Source: an uncultured archaeon
GTDB lineage: Archaea > Asgardarchaeota > Thorarchaeia > Thorarchaeales > Thorarchaeaceae
Direction of reading: 5' to 3'
DNA length: 64,000 nt
Assembly (NCBI GenBank): GCA_964558645.1
Contig: CAZLEV010000007.1
Span: 32,001-96,000 of the forward strand
The position numbers and the translations under genes are program-made. This document shows positions 20,275 to 30,091 of the stretch, piece by piece. The first letter of the stretch is position 1; the number at the start of each line of letters is the position of its first letter. The notes under the pieces are model-generated. The model was not told where the DNA came from. It worked only from the letters and a program-made list of their open reading frames with translations, and did no database searches.

Positions 20275-21019
20275 TTGTTCCAACAACCTCTCTCACAAAA
20301 TCGAGAATCATTGGGTATGCCTGATGTCGAGTTCGATGGCATGTAAGCACATGCTCAGCCCCAGCAACAAGCCTGAGTTTCTTGTAGTCTGATGATATTC
20401 CATTGAATACGAGTTCAGCTCCACGTGGGTCTACTGTCTTATCTTCTCCTGACTGCAGAATCAGAGCCGGACAGTCAACTTCACTCAGTTCTTCTCTCAC
20501 TTCCTTGGCAAGGACAAGAAGCTCTTCGATTGAAACCAACGGGTCTCGATCATACTTGAACCTCATAACAGCATACATCTCGGGCATCTTTGTGAGATCC
20601 ACTTTGCGATACGGTATGAAGTGTTTCAGAACCGGTATTAGTCTTGCCAAGAAACCTCCAAATTTGATTGCAGGCGAGATAGGAATGATACCATCGATTC
20701 CTTCTTCTCTTGCCGCTAATGCAAGTGTCAGAAGTCCTCCCATAGAGAGTCCTGAAACAAAGGTGGCTTCATTCTTCCAGCTTAGAACATATTCAAGTCC
20801 TTCTCTTGCCGAATCATACCAGTTATGCCGATTTGTCTCGGCCAGATCCTCAGGGCTGGTGCCATGTCCTGCAATACCCACAGAGAAAGAAGCAAGGTTG
20901 TTTTCCTCTAGGTATTCTCCCAGTGTTTCAAGCTCGTCGACGTGTGCAGCAAAGCCATGAATGAGAAGGAAGGCAATGCGGGCTCCGTTCGGTCTTCTTT
21001 CGAAGCCCGAGGGAACCAC
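20261..21019 (-). CDS. Alpha/beta-hydrolase carboxylesterase / monoacylglycerol lipase-like
   Basis: LIHGF, GHGT, nucleophile GLSMGG, EDKTVD and AEH triad motifs. Confidence 0.9.
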   Translation of the reverse strand: MVPSGFERRPNGARIAFLLIHGFAAHVDELETLGEYLEENNLASFSVGIAGHGTSPEDLAETNRHNWYDSAREGLEYVLSWKNEATFVSGLSMGGLLTLALAAREEGIDGIIPISPAIKFGGFLARLIPVLKHFIPYRKVDLTKMPEMYAVMRFKYDRDPLVSIEELLVLAKEVREELSEVDCPALILQSGEDKTVDPRGAELVFNGISSDYKKLRLVAGAEHVLTCHRTRHQAYPMILDFVREVVGTTSPS

Positions 21020-21048
21020 GCTTTTTCCGCCGCCTCTTTGTAAGGATG

Positions 21049-23037
21049 CTACTCCACCATTTCAGTTGGTTTCGTGTACTTGAAACCACCCTTTATCATG
21101 CCTAATCTTATACCTGCAGAGAACCAGGCCAACGTAAGGCATATCTCAAGGCCAACAATCAATGTGACCAGTATGGTGATGACATTGGCCACAACAGTCG
21201 CGGGTGGAAATCCTGAGAATACGATGAACGATACAAGGGCAACAGCCGCGCCAAATACCAGTCCGGCACTAGCAGATACCCTGATGAAGTTGCCTTCCAG
21301 CTCGTGGCCTTCCTGCAAAATCCGATTGCCCAGGTTCAGGTTAAGCGATATGACCAGTACGAAGCTAATCGTATAGAGCGCGAAAGTGATTGCTGCAGCC
21401 GTCAGTGCTTGATGGGTCACATCAAAGTTCCCTGCGATGATTACCAACAGAAGCGCAAAGAGGGTGGTGATTCCTCTGATTACTCCCGCGCTTGAGGATT
21501 TCTCCCCGTAGCTATAACCGACAACCGCGAAGTTCCTCACTAGGAGTGTGAGGACGACTATCGCCATGATGCTAGGTGCTTGAGCTGTAATCGATATGCC
21601 TTGGAACAGTGTTACATTGAACCAGCGATTCGCAGGCCAAATGGCTGCGGGTCCACTGCCGAACCCTCCCAGCATGAACAGGACGAAAGCTAGTGATGAT
21701 CCTATCGTGACCAAAACAGTGAGAAGTGTTTGCGAGAAGGCAGTCTGTCCCCGAACCTTGGTTTCAATCGTAAGGGCTGTCTGCGTGATAATTACAAGAA
21801 TCCACGGTATCGTCACCATGAATGCCAAGGAGTGTGGCGTAAGAACCATAAAGACACCAGCGATGACCATCGGCAGACCGGTAATAATATCGTTAGCGCC
21901 CATATAGACAGCTCCCATGAGAATTACAACTGCAGCCGGGCAGATAGTGAGGAAGATAGTATATCCTGCAGCACCACTCGTGAGGGTGCTAGCCTGCGAG
22001 GCCGCCCAGACGCCGAAGATGGCAAGAAACAGCATAAAGTATTTCTCACCACCAGCGACGATGTCCTCTCGTACCACTGCTTCCTTGAGTTCTTTGGAGC
22101 CGAGTCTCGGACCGAGCATCACCCAAATGATCATCATGGATAGTAAAGCCTGTACAGCCCAAGGTGGAGTATCCAGAACCATCGTATTACGGAGTGTATT
22201 GACCACGGAAGTATTCCATGGGTACCAGACTGCTGTTCCTTCAATCGTCCCGATGGGACCGAAGAAGACTGCAACGGTCCCAATGAGAAATGTGAGCAGC
22301 CCTGTGAGGCCGAAGGCAAACTTGCCGGCATCACTGCTTCTAGCGAACTCTCTGACATGGCCAACGGGTGCTCTCCAGAACAGTATCACCCCTATCTGTC
22401 CAAGTAGTAGAAGAACAAATGCCAGGACGATACCTATACCGTAGAAACCCGGAAGAGCGAAAGATATCGCCATAATTGGAAGAAAGAGTCCATTGCCAAG
22501 GCCGGCCAGTACGCCTAGGTATGACTTGGTTGAATCCATGTAGACCGAGCTAGCCAATTGCCACGTAATCACAAAAATCGGTCCGGCAACAGCAAAGCCA
22601 GCAGCGTAGATTCTGACTTGAGATGCAGATTCAGGATTGACGGTGAATCCTGCGCCGTACGTATACGCGGCAAACGCAGCGCCAAAAATGGCAAGATACA
22701 TCAGATTAGGAAGGGCAGACTCAAGTCTGGTCCCGAGTTCTCTTATGCCTCGTGTCTGGATAAGTACACTGACTGCGAGGAGAGCGACGAAGAGCGTCGA
22801 AAGCACATAAGACGGCGGATTGTTCATGATCTGTACTCCTTGGAATGGCAGCTGCAAAGCAGAACCGAGAGGAAGCAAATCGGTAGCCAAGAATGCCCCA
22901 AGACCCAAGAGAGCAGCTATTACTCCTAAGAACCCACCCAGAGATGCCTTAGTGCTCAAGGGCTGAAAGCTTTGCCCCTCAGCTGTTTCTTGGGTGAGTG
23001 CAGACTTCATAGTTGACATTGTTTCTGCCATAAGCAA
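21049..23037 (-). CDS. Large polytopic membrane protein of unknown function
   Basis: 662 aa, almost entirely hydrophobic helices (roughly 17-20); possible ATG start at 23031. Confidence 0.75.
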   Translation of the reverse strand: MLMAETMSTMKSALTQETAEGQSFQPLSTKASLGGFLGVIAALLGLGAFLATDLLPLGSALQLPFQGVQIMNNPPSYVLSTLFVALLAVSVLIQTRGIRELGTRLESALPNLMYLAIFGAAFAAYTYGAGFTVNPESASQVRIYAAGFAVAGPIFVITWQLASSVYMDSTKSYLGVLAGLGNGLFLPIMAISFALPGFYGIGIVLAFVLLLLGQIGVILFWRAPVGHVREFARSSDAGKFAFGLTGLLTFLIGTVAVFFGPIGTIEGTAVWYPWNTSVVNTLRNTMVLDTPPWAVQALLSMMIIWVMLGPRLGSKELKEAVVREDIVAGGEKYFMLFLAIFGVWAASQASTLTSGAAGYTIFLTICPAAVVILMGAVYMGANDIITGLPMVIAGVFMVLTPHSLAFMVTIPWILVIITQTALTIETKVRGQTAFSQTLLTVLVTIGSSLAFVLFMLGGFGSGPAAIWPANRWFNVTLFQGISITAQAPSIMAIVVLTLLVRNFAVVGYSYGEKSSSAGVIRGITTLFALLLVIIAGNFDVTHQALTAAAITFALYTISFVLVISLNLNLGNRILQEGHELEGNFIRVSASAGLVFGAAVALVSFIVFSGFPPATVVANVITILVTLIVGLEICLTLAWFSAGIRLGMIKGGFKYTKPTEMVE

Positions 23038-23180
23038 ATCCTCACTAGAATGGTCTCACAACGAGTTCGCATGAAATCAGGCACTATAAAACCGTATCGG
23101 AGTACGCGGGACCTGTTGTGTCCTCAAGTGTACTTCTGACTCTTTGAAGTCACCAAAGCGTTCAATTCGCTGAATGAGAT

Positions 23181-24011
23181 CTATAGCTGCTCACGATTCA
23201 GAAGTGGTGTATCGATGCGTAATCCTGGTCGAGGAAGCGAACAGGTATAGACTTGGTCCACAACAATGCACGCTGTGCTGTTGTCTATTGGCTTGAATTC
23301 TCCCTTGACTTGGAAAGCGGCAGGTTCTTGCGTCACTAAAGAAACGGCGACTCTTTGACCGTCAGGTAGGTTGATTCTTCGATTCCTCTCTTCACTCCTA
23401 TCTACGACGAGGAGGTTCTCAGAAACTGGGAGCATGCCAAAGGCAGGAATTGCCCTAGGAAATCCAGATTCATCGACATATGCAAGAGTCTTCACAGAGG
23501 TCATCGTATCAAAACGGTTTAAGACAGGCGGTGGCATCTTCGCTTTGCCTGTGGAGAAGTCATCCACCTTCCTCCTTGCAAGCCGAGCCTTAAGGTACGT
23601 CTTCAAGACAGACAACTTAGAGATGTGCCTCTTCTCACTTGCCCAGACAGCCTCAGCAAGCCCTGCTCCACGAACGTTCGTATACTGGTTGTATCGAAAT
23701 AAAGGGGTCATTGCCATGAACTCATAGATCTCGTCACCAACATGGTACGAATCAAACTTGGCATCAATGTTCCAGTAATCAAGGTTCATCTTGAGAACTA
23801 ACAGCCCAATCTGCCCATGGCCTGCCTCCAAGTTCCTTCTTGTCTTGTGACCCATGAAATCACCGTAGACCAGCTGATTCCCTTCGTATGCAGTCCATGT
23901 CATAACTAAGGCAGAGTTTGGTTCTTCCTCTTTGTTCTTTGTTATCATGAATTTCGGAGTTTCAAACACGCAAAGTGCTTCTTCGAGTTCAGTGCTGAGT
24001 GTCTTATCCAC
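23181..24011 (-). CDS. Tandem pyridoxamine 5'-phosphate oxidase-like (split-barrel) protein
   Basis: Two related halves (KFMITKNKEEEPNSA...KTRRNL and KTLAYVDESGFPRA...FQVKG); overlaps the activase gene. Confidence 0.65.
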   Translation of the reverse strand: MDKTLSTELEEALCVFETPKFMITKNKEEEPNSALVMTWTAYEGNQLVYGDFMGHKTRRNLEAGHGQIGLLVLKMNLDYWNIDAKFDSYHVGDEIYEFMAMTPLFRYNQYTNVRGAGLAEAVWASEKRHISKLSVLKTYLKARLARRKVDDFSTGKAKMPPPVLNRFDTMTSVKTLAYVDESGFPRAIPAFGMLPVSENLLVVDRSEERNRRINLPDGQRVAVSLVTQEPAAFQVKGEFKPIDNSTACIVVDQVYTCSLPRPGLRIDTPLLNREQL

Positions 24012-24984
24012 AGTGGGCGGTTCTCCTTTCCATTTTCACTTCTTGAAGCTCAGCTGATTCACGAGCCGTCATGCCTGACCAAGTTACCTGCTTAAGTCCC
24101 TCTCTCCTCGCTGTCTGCACGAGTCTAAGCATTGCTTCTTTCTTCATCAACGGAGAATCCTTGAGAGGATACTCAAGTCCGTATAGCTTGTATTTGTCTT
24201 GACACATCTTGTTGAAAGCCAACAAGTCGTATCTAAGAACATTGGGCATGTATTCCGCAACAAAGGCGGCAATTGCTTGAATGTTCTCTACACTGTCAGT
24301 ATGACCCGGAATCACCGGGGTACGAATCCATGTCGGTATGTCCAAATCTGCGAGAGTCTTTGCATTTCGCAGTATCTTTTCCAGCCCGATACCTGTGTAC
24401 TGTCGGTGTCTAGCATCATCCATTAGCTTGATGTCTAGGAGAACCAGATCTGTCATACTGACAGTTTCCTTCCATACAGCTTCGCTGGCATAGCCTGTCG
24501 TGTCAAGAGCCACATGTATCCCGCGTTGCCTCAATCCACTTGCGATGGCCACAGTGAAATCGTGCTGCAGGAGTGGTTCTCCTCCAGATATTGTAACTCC
24601 TCCCTCAGAGGTTTCAAAGAATGGGGCGTCTCGGGCGAGCTCATCGACAAGGTCTTCGACACTGCGAAGCTTGCCTATGATTTCCATTGCACCTGTGGGG
24701 CAGACATCTTCGCAGCTCCCACAGAGGTTGCAGGCCTTGCAATCTATGAGCATTCCTTCGTCTGCAAACTTTAATGCCTCCTGTGAGCATGCTCGGATGC
24801 AGGCACGATCTCCAATACACCTGGTTGCATTCCATACCACTCGAGGGGTGCTGTCAATCGTTTCTATGTTGTGGCACCAGATGCAGTGAAGTGGACATCC
24901 CTTGAGAAACAGTGTAGTTCTAATGCCTGGCCCGTCCTCTGTAGAGCATCTCTGAATATTGGTGATATAACCTGTTGGCGTCAT
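24004..24984 (-). CDS. Glycyl-radical enzyme activating enzyme (radical SAM with ferredoxin insert)
   Basis: DGPGIRT, CPLHCIWC, ferredoxin-type Cys motifs and GGVTISGGEP. Confidence 0.95.
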   Translation of the reverse strand: MTPTGYITNIQRCSTEDGPGIRTTLFLKGCPLHCIWCHNIETIDSTPRVVWNATRCIGDRACIRACSQEALKFADEGMLIDCKACNLCGSCEDVCPTGAMEIIGKLRSVEDLVDELARDAPFFETSEGGVTISGGEPLLQHDFTVAIASGLRQRGIHVALDTTGYASEAVWKETVSMTDLVLLDIKLMDDARHRQYTGIGLEKILRNAKTLADLDIPTWIRTPVIPGHTDSVENIQAIAAFVAEYMPNVLRYDLLAFNKMCQDKYKLYGLEYPLKDSPLMKKEAMLRLVQTARREGLKQVTWSGMTARESAELQEVKMERRTAHCG

Positions 24985-27383
24985 CAGATGCTATGCTCCG
25001 TTCTTGCTATGATTTCTTCTTGCAATTCTCTGCCAATCTGTGTGAAGTATGCATTATACCCTGTCACTCGGACAAGCAAGTTGGAGTACTTCTCTGGATT
25101 CTTCTGTGCATCTCGCAATGTCTGTGAGTCAACGATGTTCACCTGCAAGGCGGTTCCGCCCACTTCATTGTATGCCCTTAAGAGGGCGGCCAGTTTCTCT
25201 ATGTGTTCCGGTGACCGTACCATAGATGGACTCAGAGTTATCGTGTGCGATGCACCGTTTGGAACGGTTTCCAGGTTCAGTTTCCCTACCGAACGAATTG
25301 AGGCTGTTGGCCCCTCGGAATCCATCCCTTGGACAGCTCCCACTCCTCCTGAGAGGAACTCACCCCTCCGTCTACCGTCAGGAGTAGCTGCTGTCAACGG
25401 TGCAAGAGGGATGTAGTAGTTCCAACTCAGATAGCCTGCCCTGTACCGCCGCCCGGTGAATGGGTTTTGACGCTTGAACGCCTCGTTGGCCCAGAAGACT
25501 GACAAATCTCGAGCGATGTCATCAACATAGTCATCATCGTTCCCGAATTTGGGTGCTTTTGAACGCAGAAGCTGGCGAATGTCCTCATACCCTTCGAAGT
25601 TTGTCTTTATGGCTTCGACCAGCTCATTCATCGTTAGTCTTTGCCTCTCAAAGACCATCTTCCTCACCGCGGCTACAGAATCCGCAAGTGTAGCAATTCC
25701 CATCCCCTCTAGGGTATTGAAGTTCCAGTCTGTACCACCTTGATTTACATCCTTCCCTCGTTCTGCGCAGCCGTCCAGGAGAGCACTGAGATATGGAGTT
25801 GGTTGATACTTGGACCGTATCGTGTCTGCCATATTTCCACACTCTGTGAGGAGTTCGATGAGTCTGACTAGCTGCACCTTGACCGCCTCCAAGAACTCTT
25901 CATAGTCTGTAAAGGTGGCTGGATTCGCTGTCTTCTGCCCTATTCTCTTGCCTGTTCTCATATCTCTCCCTTGATTCAGGGCTAACTCAACAGCTTTTGC
26001 TAGGTTGATATTGACGTCTACGGTATCAGATCGGTCATTTCCCTGCATAGTGTTTTCAAGGCATCCCACAATACCGTAGTTCCAAGCCTCTTCTCTCGGC
26101 ACGCCTTGCCATACCATTCCCTCAATACTGTGCTCATCAAAATTCATGAGGAATGGAGAGCCTTGTGCCTGAGAGAGAATCTCTGCTATTCTGTACATGA
26201 AGTCATCAGGTGTGTTCCTGTGAATCCTCACATTTGGCTTGGGCTCAAGAAGGTTGATTTCTTCGATTACCTCCAGTGCTAACCAAGTCAAGTCATTGGT
26301 AAGATCTTCACCTCTAGGGCCGCACCCACTCAGAGTCATTAGCTGACCGAAACTTGAGTTGATTCCTTGATTGATACCCAGCCTACCTTGATAGTCATAT
26401 ACGTAGTTGTGCTTTATCCAATAGCAGTGTAGCAGTTCCTTGGCCCAATCTCGAGTAATGCTGCCGGATTCTATATCCCTCTTGTAGAAGGGGTACATGT
26501 ATTGATCCCACCGACCGAAAGAAAGCCCTGCTCCAGGATAGGATTCTGCAGCCATCACCAGCATGTGTGTGAACCAGAGTGATTGCAGCGCCTCCCAGAA
26601 CGTTTCAGGAGGTTCCCATGGCACCTTTCTGCATATCTGTGCAATCTCTTCCAACTCCCTTCTTCTTTGAGGATTCTGTTCATCATCTGCTAAATCAGAA
26701 GCCTTCTGTGAATAACGCTGAGCGAGGTTTCTTGCCGTCTTGCAGTTCAGAATGAGAGCATCTATGAACTCCCTGTGCTCGTCGGAGAGAATCGTGTCTT
26801 TGAGACCCTCATACTCCTGAACTAATCCCTTGAATCCTTTCACAAGGACCTTTTCATAGTTGGGAATCACATGCCCTGGTACTGAGGCTGCGGTGCCAGC
26901 TCCTACATTGTTTAGCCTGCTGGCCTCTTCGAACCACCTTGCCATCTCTTTGTTCCTTTGCTTGGTTTCAGTCTTATTGAGGCAGCGGGAAAGGGCAGTA
27001 TTGAAATTGAATCCGACAATGAGCTCCCCGTCAATAATGCTCACCGGCATGTATCTCGTCATGACCTCGTCGAAGAAAACCGCTCTGCGCATCTGAAGGG
27101 TCTGTTCCCAGAATTCGCTGGGGAGTTCAACCTCCACTGCCATTGCCTTGAGTGTTGCATCAATCGATGGGAAGAAGGGGTAGATGGCAGGTTCATTTGC
27201 CCAGTCATGATACGAGTAGACTTCATCCCACTCAGAACCAGTAGTGAAAGAGTATGGTTCATTGGTGAGGTCTCTTTCATGGAAAGAGTAGAAATGGTCT
27301 CTGAGTTTTGTGACACGGTCTGAGAGACTCGGCGAGGGCGACCAGATTTCAACTCGTTCTTCAGGGCCTTCTTCCACTGTCAT
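24984..27383 (-). CDS. Glycyl radical enzyme (PFL2/eliminase-like, substrate unknown)
   Basis: 799 aa; single-Cys loop GCLE; glycyl motif LLVRVTGY; SFGRWDQY and PKFGNDDDYVD. Confidence 0.93.
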   Translation of the reverse strand: MTVEEGPEERVEIWSPSPSLSDRVTKLRDHFYSFHERDLTNEPYSFTTGSEWDEVYSYHDWANEPAIYPFFPSIDATLKAMAVEVELPSEFWEQTLQMRRAVFFDEVMTRYMPVSIIDGELIVGFNFNTALSRCLNKTETKQRNKEMARWFEEASRLNNVGAGTAASVPGHVIPNYEKVLVKGFKGLVQEYEGLKDTILSDEHREFIDALILNCKTARNLAQRYSQKASDLADDEQNPQRRRELEEIAQICRKVPWEPPETFWEALQSLWFTHMLVMAAESYPGAGLSFGRWDQYMYPFYKRDIESGSITRDWAKELLHCYWIKHNYVYDYQGRLGINQGINSSFGQLMTLSGCGPRGEDLTNDLTWLALEVIEEINLLEPKPNVRIHRNTPDDFMYRIAEILSQAQGSPFLMNFDEHSIEGMVWQGVPREEAWNYGIVGCLENTMQGNDRSDTVDVNINLAKAVELALNQGRDMRTGKRIGQKTANPATFTDYEEFLEAVKVQLVRLIELLTECGNMADTIRSKYQPTPYLSALLDGCAERGKDVNQGGTDWNFNTLEGMGIATLADSVAAVRKMVFERQRLTMNELVEAIKTNFEGYEDIRQLLRSKAPKFGNDDDYVDDIARDLSVFWANEAFKRQNPFTGRRYRAGYLSWNYYIPLAPLTAATPDGRRRGEFLSGGVGAVQGMDSEGPTASIRSVGKLNLETVPNGASHTITLSPSMVRSPEHIEKLAALLRAYNEVGGTALQVNIVDSQTLRDAQKNPEKYSNLLVRVTGYNAYFTQIGRELQEEIIARTEHSI

Positions 27384-27555
27384 CGTTCTAACACCGACTG
27401 AACGTAGGCCTTCATGTCAAAGAGAGTAATAAGGATGGCTCCACGACACTTGCTGTGAAGACATTGACGACTAGGTTGGCCGATTTCTGGATATTGATGG
27501 GCGGAGCGTCATTCTGATAAGCGCCTTTGTCTTTGCTTTTCTTGTGTGAACACCA

Positions 27556-27702
27556 ATGGCTGATTTGAAACTAATTGTGAAAGGCGAGAACATTCCGATG
27601 AACGAGTTCGTGAGTAACATACTCAATGACTTGATGATGTCTTTTCTTACCAATCTCAGGAACGTAGACATGGACAAGATAGACACGATTGAAGTGTCCT
27701 GA
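27556..27702 (+). CDS. 48-aa microprotein resembling the C-terminal extension of MobB
   Basis: Below the ORF-track cutoff: MADLKLIVKGENIPMNEFVSNILNDLMMSFLTNLRNVDMDKIDTIEVS*; ends 26 nt before the AOR gene. Confidence 0.6.
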   Translation: MADLKLIVKGENIPMNEFVSNILNDLMMSFLTNLRNVDMDKIDTIEVS

Positions 27703-27728
27703 GCTGGTCATTACGGAGCTGTAGGATA

Positions 27729-29561
27729 GTGATTCATCATTGTTGGAACGGTAGAGTACTCCAGATAGACCTCACTGACGAAAAGATATCCGAGAAGAAG
27801 ATACAGCCAGATGTGTACGAACGCTTTATCGGCGGGAAAGGTCTGGGAACGTATCTGCTCTATACCCTTGTCGGCGAGGGCATCGACCCTCTCGGTCCCG
27901 AGAACTCTCTGTTCTTCATGACTGGGCCGTTACAGGGTCTGAGAGCTCCGAACGTTGGGCGATGGAGTCTTCTTACCAAGTCGCCCCTTACCGGACTGTA
28001 TCTTGACAGTCACTGTGGAGGAGCTCTTGGTCGTGAGATTAAGAACGCAGGATACGACGCTGTGCAAATCACCGGCAAAGCGCAGAAACCTGTTGTTCTC
28101 AAGATCAAGGATGACCAAGTGGACTTTCGGAATGCTGGGGACCTGTGGGGCAAGGGCACGGTAAAGACCACCCGCATACTTGCTGACGAATCTGATGCTC
28201 GCGGCTCGGTATATGCTATCGGTCCAGCCGGAGAGAAGCTGGTGAAGTTTGCAACAGGATGCTGTGAACTGGCTCATCAGACAGGCAGAGGGGGTGCAGG
28301 TGCTGTGATGGGTTCCAAGAACCTGAAGGGCGTAGTCGCAAGAGGAACAGGAGAGGTTGATGCAGCAGATCCAGATGCTCTAAGAGATGTAAACCGAGAA
28401 GTAGCAAAGACATGGTCCGACAAAGAGAATTACGGTTTCAAGGATTTGGGTACAGGTTTCTTACCTGAAGTGGCTAATGGCTTGGGCCAGTTTCCTTCTC
28501 GAAATTGGCGGAGTGGATACTTCGAGCATGTAGAGGGTCTTGACATGTACGATGCTGAGAAGAAGTATGGGACGGGTGCACATCATTCTTGCCCGCACTG
28601 CATTATGCGTTGCACAAATGCATACAATACCGAGGACCCCTTTGGTTCTGGTGACCAAGTGGAATCAATGGTTGAGTATGAAACCCTTGGACTAATGGGA
28701 GGAAACTTGGGAATTGATGACATCCAGGCTGTCTTAAAGCTGAACTACATCTCAGACGACTACGGTGTTGACACAATCAGTGCCGGCGGTGTCATAGGGT
28801 TTGCAATGGAGGCCTACGAACGGGGTCTTATAACGGAAGAAGAGCTGGGATTTGAACTGACATTCGGTGATGGAAACGCTGCAATGGAGGCCCTCCGTCT
28901 TATTGTTTCAAGAGAAGGGTTCGGAGATGTTCTTGCCGAAGGTGTCAAGGCTGCAGCAGAGAGTATAGGGGATCCTGCTCAGGACCTGGCTGTTCATGTC
29001 AAGGGATTGGACTGCGCTGCATGGGATCCGAGGGGTCGAAGAGGCATGGGTCTATCATATGCAACTGCTGATGTTGGTGCAAGCCACCTAAGAGGCTGGC
29101 CAGCCACAACAGAACCCCCTAATGCTTCAGCTGTGGATCTTGTCGAGTCAATGGTGAGGGCTCGCAACGAAAAAGTCTTCACTGATTCTCTTGTGGTCTG
29201 CCACTTCACATATCATCTGCCTATGTCCTTTGAGCAGAAAATCCGTCTCCTGAATGGCGCAAGTGGTTTGAGCTATGATGAACATAGCATCATGGAGTTT
29301 GCAGAACGCGTTGCTACTCTTAGTCGCCTCTTCAACTACCGTGAAGGAATCACGCGACAAGATGATAGACTGCCTAAAAAATTCTGGACTCCGCAAGACC
29401 AAGGCCCACGAGAGGGTCTCAAGTCCTTTGTCGACAAAGAAGACTTCGAGAAAAGCCTTGACCGATTCTACGAGCTCCGCGGATGGAACGAGAATGGGGT
29501 GCCTGAGCATGACAGGATTCGCCAACTCGGACTATCCGATATCGTTGAAAAACGGGAATAG
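27729..29561 (+). CDS. aor: Tungsten-dependent aldehyde:ferredoxin oxidoreductase family
   Basis: KSPLTG, GRGGAGAVMGSKNLK, CPHCIMRC, EYET, DDYGVDTIS, HVKG and DSLVVC motifs. Confidence 0.93.
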   Translation: MIHHCWNGRVLQIDLTDEKISEKKIQPDVYERFIGGKGLGTYLLYTLVGEGIDPLGPENSLFFMTGPLQGLRAPNVGRWSLLTKSPLTGLYLDSHCGGALGREIKNAGYDAVQITGKAQKPVVLKIKDDQVDFRNAGDLWGKGTVKTTRILADESDARGSVYAIGPAGEKLVKFATGCCELAHQTGRGGAGAVMGSKNLKGVVARGTGEVDAADPDALRDVNREVAKTWSDKENYGFKDLGTGFLPEVANGLGQFPSRNWRSGYFEHVEGLDMYDAEKKYGTGAHHSCPHCIMRCTNAYNTEDPFGSGDQVESMVEYETLGLMGGNLGIDDIQAVLKLNYISDDYGVDTISAGGVIGFAMEAYERGLITEEELGFELTFGDGNAAMEALRLIVSREGFGDVLAEGVKAAAESIGDPAQDLAVHVKGLDCAAWDPRGRRGMGLSYATADVGASHLRGWPATTEPPNASAVDLVESMVRARNEKVFTDSLVVCHFTYHLPMSFEQKIRLLNGASGLSYDEHSIMEFAERVATLSRLFNYREGITRQDDRLPKKFWTPQDQGPREGLKSFVDKEDFEKSLDRFYELRGWNENGVPEHDRIRQLGLSDIVEKRE

Positions 29562-29569
29562 TGGCCGTG

Positions 29570-30007
29570 TTAGCCGAAGAGACGTGCTTTGAAGTCTTTT
29601 CGCAGTAACACCTCATGTCCTTCCTCAGTAAACCCTGCGTCTGTGTAGAGCTGGACCACATCAGCTCGCTCTGTATTAACGGCAGTTTGGAGGGCTCGTA
29701 GTCCCCTCTCTTCTGCAAGGGAAACGGCCTTCTGAAGAAGTGCGGGACCAACAGTCGAAGATTCAAGGGGGTCATCTATCTCGAAGTTACGGATGACTCC
29801 AACCTTCCCTAATCTGGAATCACTCTGAATGTCCAACTTCAGAGCAGCTACCACAACGTTATCAGCTGCAGCGATGATGAACATGGTTTCGCTAACTGAG
29901 CCGGTCCTTGCAAGCGAGAGTCCCTGAAAGTCAAGTCCCTCTCGATTGTAGAACTGCTCCAGTGCAGACCTGTCTCTTGCGGTTGCGAGTCGAATGTCGA
30001 ACTTCAT
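29570..30007 (-). CDS. GNAT-family N-acetyltransferase-like protein
   Basis: IRLATARD start, VGPALLQKAVSLAEERG and QLYTDAGF; ATG 30007 chosen. The acetyl-CoA motif A looks degenerate. Confidence 0.75.
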   Translation of the reverse strand: MKFDIRLATARDRSALEQFYNREGLDFQGLSLARTGSVSETMFIIAAADNVVVAALKLDIQSDSRLGKVGVIRNFEIDDPLESSTVGPALLQKAVSLAEERGLRALQTAVNTERADVVQLYTDAGFTEEGHEVLLRKDFKARLFG

Positions 30008-30091
30008 AGCAATGAAACCCCAAAGGATTGAAACCTTTAGTCCGCTCACTCATCGATAAAGCTTCTGAATTAGGTTAGAATGGGCAGAGCA

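Noticed and set aside
24984-27383. Pyruvate formate-lyase or CutC assignment
   Set aside because: It has a single Cys (GCLE), not the CC of PFL, and CutC-specific residues cannot be confirmed by eye.
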